DNA of 64,000 nt from Terrimicrobiaceae bacterium (lineage in GTDB: Bacteria; Verrucomicrobiota; Verrucomicrobiia; Chthoniobacterales; Terrimicrobiaceae), in assembly GCA_041752695.1 (NCBI GenBank), contig JBGSVZ010000113.1, positions 52,254 to 116,253 of the forward strand, written 5' to 3'. The position numbers and the translations under genes are program-made. Position 1 is the stretch's first letter. Every line of letters begins with the position of its first letter. Below, one piece after another: positions 18,700 to 29,043 of this stretch. Below the pieces are notes generated by a model. The model did not search any database and was not told the DNA's origin. It saw only the letters and a program-made list of their open reading frames with translations.

Positions 18700-19485
18700 A
18701 TGAACCGGCTTCTTTTTGCCGCGCTGTTTTTCGCGATCTCCAGCCTTCAGGCGGGGATCATCACTCGCGAAGTCACCTACCCGGCCGGCTCCGTCACGGC
18801 CAGAGGGTTTCTTGCTGCACCTGAGGGAAAAGGAAAACATCCCGGGGTATTGGTCGTGCACGAATGGTGGGGGTTGAACGACTACGCCCGCGAACGCGCG
18901 AAAAAGCTCGCCGCGCTTGGGTATGTCGCGCTGGCCGTCGACATGTATGGCGAGGGCAAGGTGGCCGGCCATCCAAAAGACGCCGGAGCCTTTGCCGGCG
19001 GGGTGATGCGCGACCTCCCCGAAGCGCGCAAACGTTTTCAGGACGCGCTCGCTTTTCTGGCGAACCAACCCGAGGTGGAAGCGAACCAACTCGCGGCGAT
19101 TGGCTATTGTTTCGGCGGTGGTGTGGTCCTCCAGATGGCCTGTGACAACGTCACGGGACTCAAAGCCGTGGCAAGTTTTCACGGTTCCTTGGGCGCGGAA
19201 ATCCCACCGAACACGAAACCGACCGCCCGCATGCTCGTCTGTCACGGCGCGGACGATACCTTCGTAAAACCCGAGGTGATCCAGTCGTTTCAGGATCGCA
19301 TGAAAGTGGCCGGGGTGGATCTCAAGTTTGTCAGCTACCCGGACGCTCTCCACGGATTCACCAATCCCGACGCCACCGCCAAAGCAAAAGAATTCGGGCT
19401 TAATATCGGCTACGACGCCAAGGCCGACGAGGCGTCGTGGAAGGAACTCGAAGGGTTTTTGAAAAAATCCCGCGGGCCGTCTTGA
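18700..19485 (+). CDS. Dienelactone hydrolase family protein, secreted
   Basis: HEWWGLN, GYCFGG, HGFTN; signal peptide. Confidence 0.92.
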   Translation: MNRLLFAALFFAISSLQAGIITREVTYPAGSVTARGFLAAPEGKGKHPGVLVVHEWWGLNDYARERAKKLAALGYVALAVDMYGEGKVAGHPKDAGAFAGGVMRDLPEARKRFQDALAFLANQPEVEANQLAAIGYCFGGGVVLQMACDNVTGLKAVASFHGSLGAEIPPNTKPTARMLVCHGADDTFVKPEVIQSFQDRMKVAGVDLKFVSYPDALHGFTNPDATAKAKEFGLNIGYDAKADEASWKELEGFLKKSRGPS

Positions 19486-20352
19486 TCAGACCACCGCCTG
19501 GTCGATCAACTCCCGCAGCCGACTCACTTCCGTGGCGGAAGTCTTGGCGAGAAATCCACGCGCGTGCGCGAAATGGACCTCAGGCTGGCTGGCAATGCGC
19601 GAAAAATCGAGACGGGCGTCGTCTTGAAAACGCGACAGTCCATAGCCCCGACCGCGCCGGTCCGGGTAAACCATCCCGGCGACTTCCGCGGAGAAACCGA
19701 GATTTTCGATAAAATAGTCCAAACCCAGTGAGGGCTCTTCCGGCAGCGGATTGGTGCGGGGCACGAAGAGCACGCGGGTCGGTCCCGATTTGAGATTCAG
19801 AGTCCACCACTCGGCATGGCGGTGCAGAAAATCCAACCGTCCGCGCAGGGAACGCACGTAGTGCAAAAGATCCTCGCCAATCATGCGCATCACTTCCCAC
19901 ATCGTGTCGCCAGGCTCGAGTTCCTGCATTTGCGAAAACCGCCGTAAGAGGGTCATATCAATCGGGGAAGTCAGACGTGTCACCACATCCCGTTCCACGC
20001 CGAGCCATTCCGCCGTGGCAATTGGTCCGCGGCAATCGAACCATTCCGCCGTCTCCAGCCACTCGCAGAAACGCCGGGCGTCTTCATAGAGCGAAAGGTG
20101 ACGCAGCACGAGGGAAAGCGAACACGTCGGAGTGTGGTCGCGAGGCAGTTGGTGGTGGTCAAAATTATGAAACTCCGGTTCCAGTTTGTGACCGACATCC
20201 ACGACAAAAACCGACCGATCCGCCAGATCCTTTCCTGTCGGCTCCCGACGGACAATGGGGACTGCGTGGACGGCAATCAACACGCTGCAGGCCAGGAAGT
20301 CGTCCTTATGGGCGCCGCCAGGATGCGTGAGAATGGTGCGAATCGGTGTCAT
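19486..20352 (-). CDS. MYG1 (UPF0160) family metal-dependent nuclease
   Basis: THPGGAHKDD, VDVG, FDHHQ, F.H..GF. Confidence 0.85.
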   Translation of the reverse strand: MTPIRTILTHPGGAHKDDFLACSVLIAVHAVPIVRREPTGKDLADRSVFVVDVGHKLEPEFHNFDHHQLPRDHTPTCSLSLVLRHLSLYEDARRFCEWLETAEWFDCRGPIATAEWLGVERDVVTRLTSPIDMTLLRRFSQMQELEPGDTMWEVMRMIGEDLLHYVRSLRGRLDFLHRHAEWWTLNLKSGPTRVLFVPRTNPLPEEPSLGLDYFIENLGFSAEVAGMVYPDRRGRGYGLSRFQDDARLDFSRIASQPEVHFAHARGFLAKTSATEVSRLRELIDQAVV

Positions 20353-20559
20353 GAGCCTCTCTTTGTCGCATGGCACGAAGAGAGGGGCAAGGGTGGGCGT
20401 GTTTAATTCTGCCCGACCTGAGAAATTTCGGAGACAATTTCTGCTGTGCTCAAATATTTCCATCGTTGTAAACAGATTATGCGTGCATAAAATTGCACAA
20501 TTTTATTGACGAGACAGCCCCTCCTCCGTCACTGCTAGGACGCTCTCATTTTCAGTGGT

Positions 20560-23500
20560 ATGAACTCCCCCGCTCCGCTCTTTCCGTCCGTCCCCCGATT
20601 CCTTCAAAGTCACCCGCCCATCCGTCGGGGCGTCTCTTTCCTCGGCGCCCTGGTCGCTCTTGCGTTTGGGATCAACGAGGCCGCCCAATCTGCCCCGGTG
20701 TTCAGTGTTCCCGGATTCGTAGACGAGACATTGTATCAAGGCAACGGCATGATCACGATGCGGTTCGACTCGGCCGGACGACTTTGGGTGATTGAAAAGC
20801 AGGGGCGCGTGCTGATGTTCGAGCCAAATCCCGGCGGGCCCACCACGCTCAACTACGACTATTATGAGACGGGGCAACTCAGCGCCCTGCCCAATTTTCC
20901 CACCCTCACGCCGATCAAAAGCGGAACTGTGAGCAATTTCACCCTGGACCCCCGCCAACGGGACGATGACTTTGCCTTTCGCTATACCGGAACGATCACT
21001 CTCGCCACTTCGGGTGCCTATACATTCTATCTGTCTTCAGACGACGGCAGCCGTTTGTTCATCAACAATACGCTTGTGGTCAATTACGATGGTCTGCACG
21101 GGGCGGGCGAGCAATCCGGAGTCATCACCCTCCCGGCAGGCACGCATGATATTCGGGTGGAGTATTTCGAACGGAACGGCGGTCAGTCGCTGACCGTGCA
21201 ATACGCCGGCCCGGGAATTGCCAAGGGGCCGGTCGCCCAAGGTGTCTTCAAGGCTCCGGTGGTGTTTGCGGACTACTCCGCCCAGGTGAACACTCAGGGG
21301 GAGCGGGGGATGATGGGCCTCGCCCTTGATCCTGACTTTGCCAACACGCGCTATGTCTATTTACTCTTTGCTACGGGAACAGATCAGCGTCTGATCCGCC
21401 TGACCGCCAATGAGGCCTTCACGGCGGCGACCCCGGGCTCCGAAACGATTCTTCTGAGCGGCTTGCCAAACGCCAACACCGTCCACAAAGCAGGCGACAT
21501 CGCGTTTCATCCCAATGATCCCAACAGCATCACCATTATGCTGGGTGATGACGGAGAGCGGTTTCTCGTTTCGAACCTCGACAACTATTACGGCAAGATT
21601 CTTAGAGTCAGCGCGGCGGACGGCAAGGGGCTGCCCGCGAATCCTTTTTACGACGGCGACCCCAACTCCGTTCGTTCCCGCGTGTGGTCGTTTGCGTATC
21701 GTAATCCCTATCGTTTCGCCTTCGACCCCGCTCCACCCGCCGCTGATGTTCTCTATATTTCGGAAAATGGCGATGGCACCGACCGGGTCGCGCGGATTGC
21801 CAAAGGCGCGGATGGTGCCTGGCCGACTTCGAACTACCTGGTGGATTCCGTGGATGGAAAACGCAGAATACTCCAAACTTCCGGCCCGTCAAAAACCGGC
21901 ATTGCCATCGTGCGTTCGGGTCCGTTTGCACCGGGCGGCAATCCGGTTCTTTATAACGCGCGTTACGGCGGCGGCGACCGCAACGAAGTCCAACGCTGGA
22001 GATTGACGGGGGCAAACCTCGACACCCTCACCGCACTTCCCGAAGACGCGGGCAATCCGTTTTACCTCGGATTCACCGATCACGGCATCGTCAGTTTCAC
22101 CCCCGGCCCCGACGGCAGTCTCTATTACACGGACAGCGGCCAGGGAGCGTCCACCGGCGCGACCTGGCGGTTGGGCCGCATTCGATTTGTGGGGGGCACG
22201 GCACCGGCCGCGGGCTTTACGACCGACGTCATCACCGGGCAGTCTCCGCTCAACGTTTCCTTCACCGATACCTCGACGGCGCCAGCCAGTTCCATTGTCT
22301 CGTGGAGTTGGAATTTCGGCGACGGCGCTAGCTCCGCCCTCCAAAGCCCTTCCCATACCTACGCGCAGCCGGGGATTTATCGAGCGACGCTCCTTGTGAC
22401 GAACGCCCAGGGCCTCACGAGTGAGACCGAACAAACGATCACCGCTTATCATTCCACGGGGGTCACGCTCAGCGGCTCGGTCTTCGACGGGCGATCTGGT
22501 GTTGCGGAGGCCCTCACGGTTCCCACAGAACTGAGATTTTATCAGGCGAATGGCGTAACGCCACTGCCCATCGCCGGCGGCGCGGGGACATCCGGCAACA
22601 TGATCTCCGTTCCCGTCGGTGGCACGATCTCGGTTTCAACAGTGGCCGAGATCACCGGGCCGGGAATGGTGGTGTCGGCCGGGGAGGCGGAAGGCGACGG
22701 ATTGCAACCTGCGCTGGTGGGTATTCCGCTGTCCACGTCGGCGACGAGCCAGACAGTTAGTGCGAATTTTTACCTCTCAGACACGATGCTGCGAGGCCGG
22801 ATCACAGATACTAAGGGCACGGTCGCACGAGTGGATTTGGGACTCTCTAGGGGGGCGGCCGGAGCCTATTATGGGTATGCGGGAGGACGGGATTTTCTGG
22901 CCGGATCAGGCATCACCGCCAGTGGGATCAAACACCGCACCGTTCCGGACGCGCTGGGCTTTTTTCACCTGCCGATTCGCTCCGGCGGAGGAGGTGCGAC
23001 ATTTCACCTTGATACCTCGCGGGACACGCTGGCGGCATCCCATGGCCGGGTGGCAAAGACTGTTGTTATGGCGGCCGGAACTGACACCGTGCAGAATCTC
23101 ACAATCGGACTTTACGATGGCGGAATCGGGGAAATGGACCTTTCGGGAATTCCCATAACGCCGAACGTCAACTACGCCGCGCAGATCCAGCCCATCTTTA
23201 ATGTCAACTGCGTGGCCTGCCACACCGAACTCGCCACCAATAGTGGCGGGCTCGATTTGGATCCCGCCGACTCTTATGGCGAACTGGTGGATCAGCAAAG
23301 CGTGGAGGCACCCGGTGTGAGACTTGTCGAATCCGGTTCGCCGGAGCGCAGTTATCTGATGGAAAAAGTCAACTCGACCCATCCGCAGGTCGGCACCGCC
23401 ATGCGGCCGGGCGACCCGATGTCCCCCGCGGATCGTGCCCTGATCCGCGACTGGATTAGCCAGCTCGCGAACAATCCCAGGGTGGAATTTGCCGCCCCGG

Positions 23501-24228
23501 TTTTTTCGGGCGTTGAAGGGACCGCCGCGCAGATCACGGTCCGACGGAACGGCGACCTTTCGACCCCAATTACGGTGACCGCTTCCACCGGCACCGGAGG
23601 CAGTGCGACAGCCGGAGCGGACTATACGACGACCACAACGCTGCTTTCCTGGGCCGCTCATGATGGCGCAAATAAAATCATCGAAGTGCCGCTTCTAGCC
23701 GACTCCGCCCTGGACGGAAACGAGACCGTCATCCTGCAACTTAGTGCGCCGACCGGGGCCACGTTGGGCTCGCAGTTGGCTGCCACGCTGACAATCCTCG
23801 AAAGCCCGTACAACACCTGGCGGATTCAGCAGTTCGGAACGGAGGCGGAAAATCCAGAAGCCGGGGCAACGGCGGACTTTGACAAAGACGGCGCCAGCAA
23901 TCTGATGGAATATGCTCTGAATTCCGATCCCAAGGCCCCTCAATCCACCGGCCTCGCCACAGTCCAACCCGGTGGCGCCGGAAAACTGCAGATTTCCTTT
24001 TCGGAAAATCCCCATGCCACGGACCTCACTTATACCGTGCAAGGTCGGGACCTGCTCGAGTCGGGAACCTGGCAAACTCTGGCCACCAAAACCCATGGAG
24101 GAGTCTGGGCGGCAGAACCCGGCGTGACCGTGGAAGGGGAAGCGGAAGTGGTGGTGACCGATAGTGAACCCATTGCCAGCAAGCTCAGACGTTTCCTGCG
24201 CCTGCGGGTCGCACTCACCGACGAGTAA
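20560..24228 (+). CDS. Secreted multidomain protein: glucose/sorbosone dehydrogenase-like propeller with PA14 insert, PKD, c-type cytochrome, Calx-beta
   Basis: SDDGSRL (PA14), GERGMMGLALDPDF and RNPYR (GSDH), WNFGDG (PKD), CVACH, A.AGADY / D.NETV (Calx-beta). Confidence 0.85.
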   Translation: MNSPAPLFPSVPRFLQSHPPIRRGVSFLGALVALAFGINEAAQSAPVFSVPGFVDETLYQGNGMITMRFDSAGRLWVIEKQGRVLMFEPNPGGPTTLNYDYYETGQLSALPNFPTLTPIKSGTVSNFTLDPRQRDDDFAFRYTGTITLATSGAYTFYLSSDDGSRLFINNTLVVNYDGLHGAGEQSGVITLPAGTHDIRVEYFERNGGQSLTVQYAGPGIAKGPVAQGVFKAPVVFADYSAQVNTQGERGMMGLALDPDFANTRYVYLLFATGTDQRLIRLTANEAFTAATPGSETILLSGLPNANTVHKAGDIAFHPNDPNSITIMLGDDGERFLVSNLDNYYGKILRVSAADGKGLPANPFYDGDPNSVRSRVWSFAYRNPYRFAFDPAPPAADVLYISENGDGTDRVARIAKGADGAWPTSNYLVDSVDGKRRILQTSGPSKTGIAIVRSGPFAPGGNPVLYNARYGGGDRNEVQRWRLTGANLDTLTALPEDAGNPFYLGFTDHGIVSFTPGPDGSLYYTDSGQGASTGATWRLGRIRFVGGTAPAAGFTTDVITGQSPLNVSFTDTSTAPASSIVSWSWNFGDGASSALQSPSHTYAQPGIYRATLLVTNAQGLTSETEQTITAYHSTGVTLSGSVFDGRSGVAEALTVPTELRFYQANGVTPLPIAGGAGTSGNMISVPVGGTISVSTVAEITGPGMVVSAGEAEGDGLQPALVGIPLSTSATSQTVSANFYLSDTMLRGRITDTKGTVARVDLGLSRGAAGAYYGYAGGRDFLAGSGITASGIKHRTVPDALGFFHLPIRSGGGGATFHLDTSRDTLAASHGRVAKTVVMAAGTDTVQNLTIGLYDGGIGEMDLSGIPITPNVNYAAQIQPIFNVNCVACHTELATNSGGLDLDPADSYGELVDQQSVEAPGVRLVESGSPERSYLMEKVNSTHPQVGTAMRPGDPMSPADRALIRDWISQLANNPRVEFAAPVFSGVEGTAAQITVRRNGDLSTPITVTASTGTGGSATAGADYTTTTTLLSWAAHDGANKIIEVPLLADSALDGNETVILQLSAPTGATLGSQLAATLTILESPYNTWRIQQFGTEAENPEAGATADFDKDGASNLMEYALNSDPKAPQSTGLATVQPGGAGKLQISFSENPHATDLTYTVQGRDLLESGTWQTLATKTHGGVWAAEPGVTVEGEAEVVVTDSEPIASKLRRFLRLRVALTDE

Positions 24229-24373
24229 GATTTCCTGCCTTCGGAGGTGGGCCTGCGGTAATGCCACCACACCGTGCATCCGTCTTGAGAACCGATTTTT
24301 TTTCCAGCCCCCAAAAATCGGTGGCATCCGCGATCCAGTCGGTTACCGTAATGAAGTCGCGATGCAGAGCCCG

Positions 24374-25042
24374 ATGAAGAATTTGCTTCTCTCCCTCCTT
24401 CTGGCGTTTTCCGCAGCGGAAGCGGCCTCAGGCGAAGAGCCGTCCGGCGAATATGTCGAATTGCATGCCTGCGAAGTTTACACCGGTGGCTGCACGGCCT
24501 CGGCTCAAGCCACCCTCGGGGGCCGGTCGGTCCTACGGGTTTGGAATTTTCAGTCAGGAAAGCAGGAGAACGTTGAACTCGCCGGACTGACCGTTGTTGC
24601 TCTGGAAATCGCAGAAGAAAATCTGGCCATGCCCGGCATAAAAGCTGCGGAGTCGGTCGCCTACCTTCCGGACAATGCCACCCCGGAACAGCGTGACGGC
24701 TTGCTCTCCTGGCTGGCAAGTCAAGGCGTGACGACTCGGGAATCTCGCATTCTGCCGGTGGCATACCATCGGGAGGGGGCAAGGATATTTGTTAACGCTG
24801 GCCCAGACCTCCGATTGAGCACCAGGGCGTTGGAGGCTTGTGATGCCGGCGGATGCGGCGAGCAACTTTGGTATGAACCCCGGGGCACGACCGGGGGTTT
24901 CACGGTTCTCGTTAATGACCATTCCCAAGTGATCGAACCCCTTTTGAAACTCACCTGGAAAGACCACTCCGCGAAGAGCGTGTTTTTTGGGAGATTCGGA
25001 TTAAAAATGCATCGCGGTTTTCACCTGGCCGGTATTCTTTAA
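24374..25042 (+). CDS. Secreted Cys-containing protein, DUF1326-like
   Basis: Signal peptide; GEYVELHACEVYTGGC, A.PEQRDGL, CG.E..WY.P. Confidence 0.55.
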   Translation: MKNLLLSLLLAFSAAEAASGEEPSGEYVELHACEVYTGGCTASAQATLGGRSVLRVWNFQSGKQENVELAGLTVVALEIAEENLAMPGIKAAESVAYLPDNATPEQRDGLLSWLASQGVTTRESRILPVAYHREGARIFVNAGPDLRLSTRALEACDAGGCGEQLWYEPRGTTGGFTVLVNDHSQVIEPLLKLTWKDHSAKSVFFGRFGLKMHRGFHLAGIL

Positions 25043-25045
25043 CCT

Positions 25046-25693
25046 ATGCCTTCCGATCCCCCGTCACCCGGCTCCTTCTCCCGCCGCAGTTTTTTTAAGG
25101 GCTTGGGCGTCACGGCCGTCGCCACAGCCACTCAGCACGCCAATGTGGTGGCTGAGGAGTTACAAAAGTTTAACGCGGAGAAAATCCAGGGTCCCGGGCC
25201 GGTGCCGGTTACTCTTTCGATCAATGGCAAAAAACAGACACTCGATCTGGAGCCCCGCGTCACTCTGCTCGATGTCTTGCGTAATCACCTGCCCCTCACA
25301 GGAGCCAAAGAGGTCTGTGACCGGGCGACCTGCGGCGCATGCACGGTTTGGATAAATGGGGAGCCGGTCTACGCCTGCATGGTGCTGGCCATCGAAGCCC
25401 AGGGCACGGAGATCACCACGATCGAAGGCATTTCCCAGGATGGAAAACTTTCCCAACTCCAGGAAGCTTTCATCGCCTGTGATGGCCTGCAATGCGGTTA
25501 TTGCACACCGGGATTTGTCATGAGCCTCTCTGCGCTGCTCAAACGCAAGCCCCAACCTACGGAGGCCGACGTGCGTAAAGCCTGCTCGGGAAACCTCTGC
25601 CGCTGTGGCAGTTATCCGCGGGTCTTCGAGGCCGCCCTCCAAGCCGCCGGGGTGAAAACGGCCTCTCAATGCGAGGTGATCCGCCATGTCTAA
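25046..25693 (+). CDS. Mo-hydroxylase 2Fe-2S subunit with Tat signal (PaoA/YagT-like)
   Basis: SRRSFFK; C....CGAC; QCGYCTPG; CRC. Confidence 0.92.
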   Translation: MPSDPPSPGSFSRRSFFKGLGVTAVATATQHANVVAEELQKFNAEKIQGPGPVPVTLSINGKKQTLDLEPRVTLLDVLRNHLPLTGAKEVCDRATCGACTVWINGEPVYACMVLAIEAQGTEITTIEGISQDGKLSQLQEAFIACDGLQCGYCTPGFVMSLSALLKRKPQPTEADVRKACSGNLCRCGSYPRVFEAALQAAGVKTASQCEVIRHV

Positions 25694-27854
25694 CTGGCCC
25701 ACCCAAACCGAGTTTCTCGGCAAAAACACGCCTCGCCTCGAAGGAGCTGCCAAAGTCACTGGAGCCGCCAAATATTCTTCCGACCAACAGCCCGAAGGAT
25801 GGCTCTACGCCATGATCCTCCGTTCAAAGTGGCCATCGGCCATCATCCGCTCGATCAACCTCGAAAAGGCGAAGGCCTCCGCGGGCATCAAGGCGGTCGC
25901 TGCCGTCAAGGACGGTGAGCGCCACGTGCGCTACTATGGCGAGGAATTGGCGGCCGTCGCGGGCACCAGCAAACAGGCCTGCCTCGACGCCCTGCGTCTC
26001 ATTGAAGTGGATGCCACTCCGCAGCCCTTTGTGGTGGATCCCGTGGAGGCGATTAAACCCGACGCCCCAAAAGTGTTTTCCGATGCGCCAAATTTAGGCG
26101 AAGCCAAGCTGAAGGAGGAGGGCGACATTGCGGCAGCTTTTGCCAAGTGCGACGTCATCGTGGAAGGAGAGTTTTCCACGCAGGTGCAAATCCATCACCC
26201 GCTGGAAACGCATGGGAATACTATCCACGTCAAAGACGACGCCTGCACGGCCTGGGCTTCCACGCAGGGAATCTTCAGCGTGCGCGACGGGCTCTCCGGC
26301 AATTTGAACATCCCTCAAAACCGCGTGCGCGTGATCACCGAGTTCATGGGCGGAGGGTTTGGCGCCAAATTTGGTCCCGGCGTCGAAGGATCACTTGCCG
26401 CAAAGCTTTCCCGCGAAACCGGGCTGCCCGTCAAGCTGATGCTCACCCGTTTTGACGAGTCTCTCGCGGTGGGCAACCGCCCGTCTTCCTACCAGAAGAT
26501 CAAGCTTGGCTCCGACAAAGAGGGCAAGCTCCTCGCCTTCGACCTCGACGCTTTTGGCAGTGCGGGATTTGCCAGCGGGGGCAGTTCGGCCGGCGGCGGC
26601 GGTGGCGCGGGATTTCCCGCTCCCTACATTTACAAAATCCCTAACATTCGCGCCAAACACGCGGGCGTCGCCATCAATGCCGGTTCGTCGCGGGCCTTCC
26701 GCGCCCCGGGTCACCCCCAGGGATCGTTCGGCATGGAATCGATTCTCGACGACTTGGCGGTGAAACTCGGCCTGGATCCCGTGGACATCCGTCTGAAAAA
26801 CGACCCGTTCGAAATTCGTCAGAAAGAATACGCGATCGGCCGCGAGAAATTCGGCTGGGCGCAAAAGTATCGCAAGCCCGGCAGTTCACCCGGCCCGATC
26901 AAAACCGGCGTGGGTGTCGCGGGTGCCACCTGGGGCGGCGGCGGCAAAGGCACCAAGGCCCAAGCCACGATCAATCCCGACGGCACGGTGGAAGTCCGCT
27001 GCGGCACGCAGGATCTTGGAACCGGGGCGAAAACCGTCGTCGCATTGGTCGCGGCCGAAGTGTTCGGTATCCCACCGGAAAAGATCGCCGCCAAAATCGG
27101 AGACACCGACTTCCCCGCCTCCGGGGGCAGTGGCGGCAGCACCACGACGGCTTCGGTTTCACCGGCCATTTTTGACGTCTGCACCAAAGCCCTCAAGGAA
27201 CTCCAGACCTTGAGTGGAGTCGCCGATGCGCGAGGAGCAAATTTTGAAAGCGCCTGCCGCAAACTCGGCATGCAGCCCGTGGTGATGCAGGGAGAATGGA
27301 TCGAGGGGTTGTCATCGAGCGGAGCGGGTGGTGTCCAGTTCGCCGAGGTCGAGGTGGACACGGAAACCGGTTTTGTGAAGGTGAAAAAAATCCTCGTCGT
27401 TCAGGACTGCGGGCTCGTGGTCAACCGGCTCACCGCGGAGAGCCAGGTGAACGGTGGCGTGATCACGGGACTCGGTTATGCCCTTTACGAGCAGCGCGTG
27501 ATGGATGCGCAAACCGGAGTCTGCCTCAATCCTAATTTTGAAACCTATAAGTTACCCGGCGCGGCCGATATTCCCGACATCGAGATCGTCCTGCTCGACA
27601 TGCCGGAACGCGGCGTGATCGGGCTCGGCGAACCTGTTGTCATACCAACAGCGTCCGCCGTCGCGAATGCGGTGGCCAACGCCATTGGCGTGCGGATCAA
27701 CAGCCTCCCCATTACACCGGACAAAGTTCTGGCGGCTCTTGGCTTGGTTCCGCCACGTGCGGCCTCGGTTTCAGAGGATCTCGAAACCTCCTTTGCCGCG
27801 GTCGAGGACGCCCACGCCGTAGCCGGAGACTTCACCGAGGATGTGCCCGTATGA
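25686..27854 (+). CDS. Xanthine dehydrogenase-family molybdopterin-binding subunit
   Basis: KVTGAAKY, GGGFGAK, AFRAPG, GLGEP. Confidence 0.93.
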   Translation: MSNWPTQTEFLGKNTPRLEGAAKVTGAAKYSSDQQPEGWLYAMILRSKWPSAIIRSINLEKAKASAGIKAVAAVKDGERHVRYYGEELAAVAGTSKQACLDALRLIEVDATPQPFVVDPVEAIKPDAPKVFSDAPNLGEAKLKEEGDIAAAFAKCDVIVEGEFSTQVQIHHPLETHGNTIHVKDDACTAWASTQGIFSVRDGLSGNLNIPQNRVRVITEFMGGGFGAKFGPGVEGSLAAKLSRETGLPVKLMLTRFDESLAVGNRPSSYQKIKLGSDKEGKLLAFDLDAFGSAGFASGGSSAGGGGGAGFPAPYIYKIPNIRAKHAGVAINAGSSRAFRAPGHPQGSFGMESILDDLAVKLGLDPVDIRLKNDPFEIRQKEYAIGREKFGWAQKYRKPGSSPGPIKTGVGVAGATWGGGGKGTKAQATINPDGTVEVRCGTQDLGTGAKTVVALVAAEVFGIPPEKIAAKIGDTDFPASGGSGGSTTTASVSPAIFDVCTKALKELQTLSGVADARGANFESACRKLGMQPVVMQGEWIEGLSSSGAGGVQFAEVEVDTETGFVKVKKILVVQDCGLVVNRLTAESQVNGGVITGLGYALYEQRVMDAQTGVCLNPNFETYKLPGAADIPDIEIVLLDMPERGVIGLGEPVVIPTASAVANAVANAIGVRINSLPITPDKVLAALGLVPPRAASVSEDLETSFAAVEDAHAVAGDFTEDVPV

Positions 27855-28813
27855 AAAATTTTGAATACATCACCGCCCAATCACCGGCCTCCGCTGCCGC
27901 GCTGCTGGGGGAAAATGGACGGTATCTCGCGGGCGGCGTTGACCTGCTCGGAGAGATGAAAGAATACATCGTCTCCCCTCCCCGGGTGGTGAACGTGAAA
28001 ACCATCCCGGGCTCGGCCGGGGAATCCCTCCGCGACGGCTCCCTCCGGCTCGGGGCCAACACCACGCTGGCCGCCATCGCAGCCTCGGAACGTATTCAGG
28101 AACTTGCCCCCGCCGTGGCCGAGGCCGCTGCGGAAGTGGGCTCCCCGCAGATTCGCAACGTCGCGACACTTGGCGGTAATCTCGCCCAACATTCGCGATG
28201 CTGGTATTATCGTCAGCGGGATGTCACCTGCCTGAAAAAAGGGGGCAACACCTGCTACGGACGCGAGGGGGAAAACAAATATCTCAGCATCTTCTCGGGC
28301 AATCCCTGCGTCAGTCCCATCGTATCCAATCTCGCAGTCGCTCTGGCGGCCATCGACGCCCGGGTTTCCGTCTATCGCAAAAACCGAGAGACCGAACTGA
28401 CCATCCCGGAACTGTATGAAGACGCCTGGGACAATCCGCTGGCACAAAATTCTCTAAAGCCGGGAGATTTGATCACCTCGGTGACCATCCCCTCCGGCCC
28501 GGGCAAAAGCACCTACCTGCAAATGAGTGAGAAAAGCGACTTCGATTGGGCATTGGTCAGTTGCGCCGTGTTTTCAAAATTCCAGGACGGCAAAGTTTCG
28601 GGAGCCCGCATCGCGCTTGGGTGCATCGCTCCGGTCCCCTTGATCGCGGAGGAAGCGGGCCGGTTCTTGGAAGGGAAAGTGCTCGACGAATCCACCGCAG
28701 CGCAGGCCGCCGAACTGGCATTGGCCAAGGCGACCCCGCTGGCCCACAACGGCTACAAGGTCCCCATCGCGAAGGCCCTCATCCGCCGCTCGCTCCTGAA
28801 ACTCCGCGCATGA
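27851..28813 (+). CDS. Xanthine dehydrogenase-family FAD-binding subunit (PaoB/YagS-like with 4Fe-4S insert)
   Basis: AGG.DL, SPQIRNVATLGGN, RCWYYR..C.K.GG..C, NGYK. Confidence 0.92.
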   Translation: MKNFEYITAQSPASAAALLGENGRYLAGGVDLLGEMKEYIVSPPRVVNVKTIPGSAGESLRDGSLRLGANTTLAAIAASERIQELAPAVAEAAAEVGSPQIRNVATLGGNLAQHSRCWYYRQRDVTCLKKGGNTCYGREGENKYLSIFSGNPCVSPIVSNLAVALAAIDARVSVYRKNRETELTIPELYEDAWDNPLAQNSLKPGDLITSVTIPSGPGKSTYLQMSEKSDFDWALVSCAVFSKFQDGKVSGARIALGCIAPVPLIAEEAGRFLEGKVLDESTAAQAAELALAKATPLAHNGYKVPIAKALIRRSLLKLRA

Positions 28814-29013
28814 CTTCCGAGCGCTGCCGGTTTTTTCGCAACAAATCCATGTGCGTTTCCGGCCTGCGTCCGGAGGCGGACGAAAACGAGGAGAGCGGCG
28901 CGGCAGGCTACTGCTGGTGCAATCACACCATGACGGAAATCGGCGAGGACGACCGGCTGGTCAACTCGGCGGCCTGCGCCAATCCCGCCCGCGCGTGTTA
29001 CCAGCCCTTTTAG
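28810..29013 (+). CDS. Small Cys-rich hypothetical protein
   Basis: ATGA overlap; 67 aa, CRFFRNK...YCWCNHT...GED...C..PARACY. Confidence 0.7.
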   Translation: MTSERCRFFRNKSMCVSGLRPEADENEESGAAGYCWCNHTMTEIGEDDRLVNSAACANPARACYQPF

Positions 29014-29043
29014 CTCCGTCTTGACGCCCGCCACAACGGCGGC

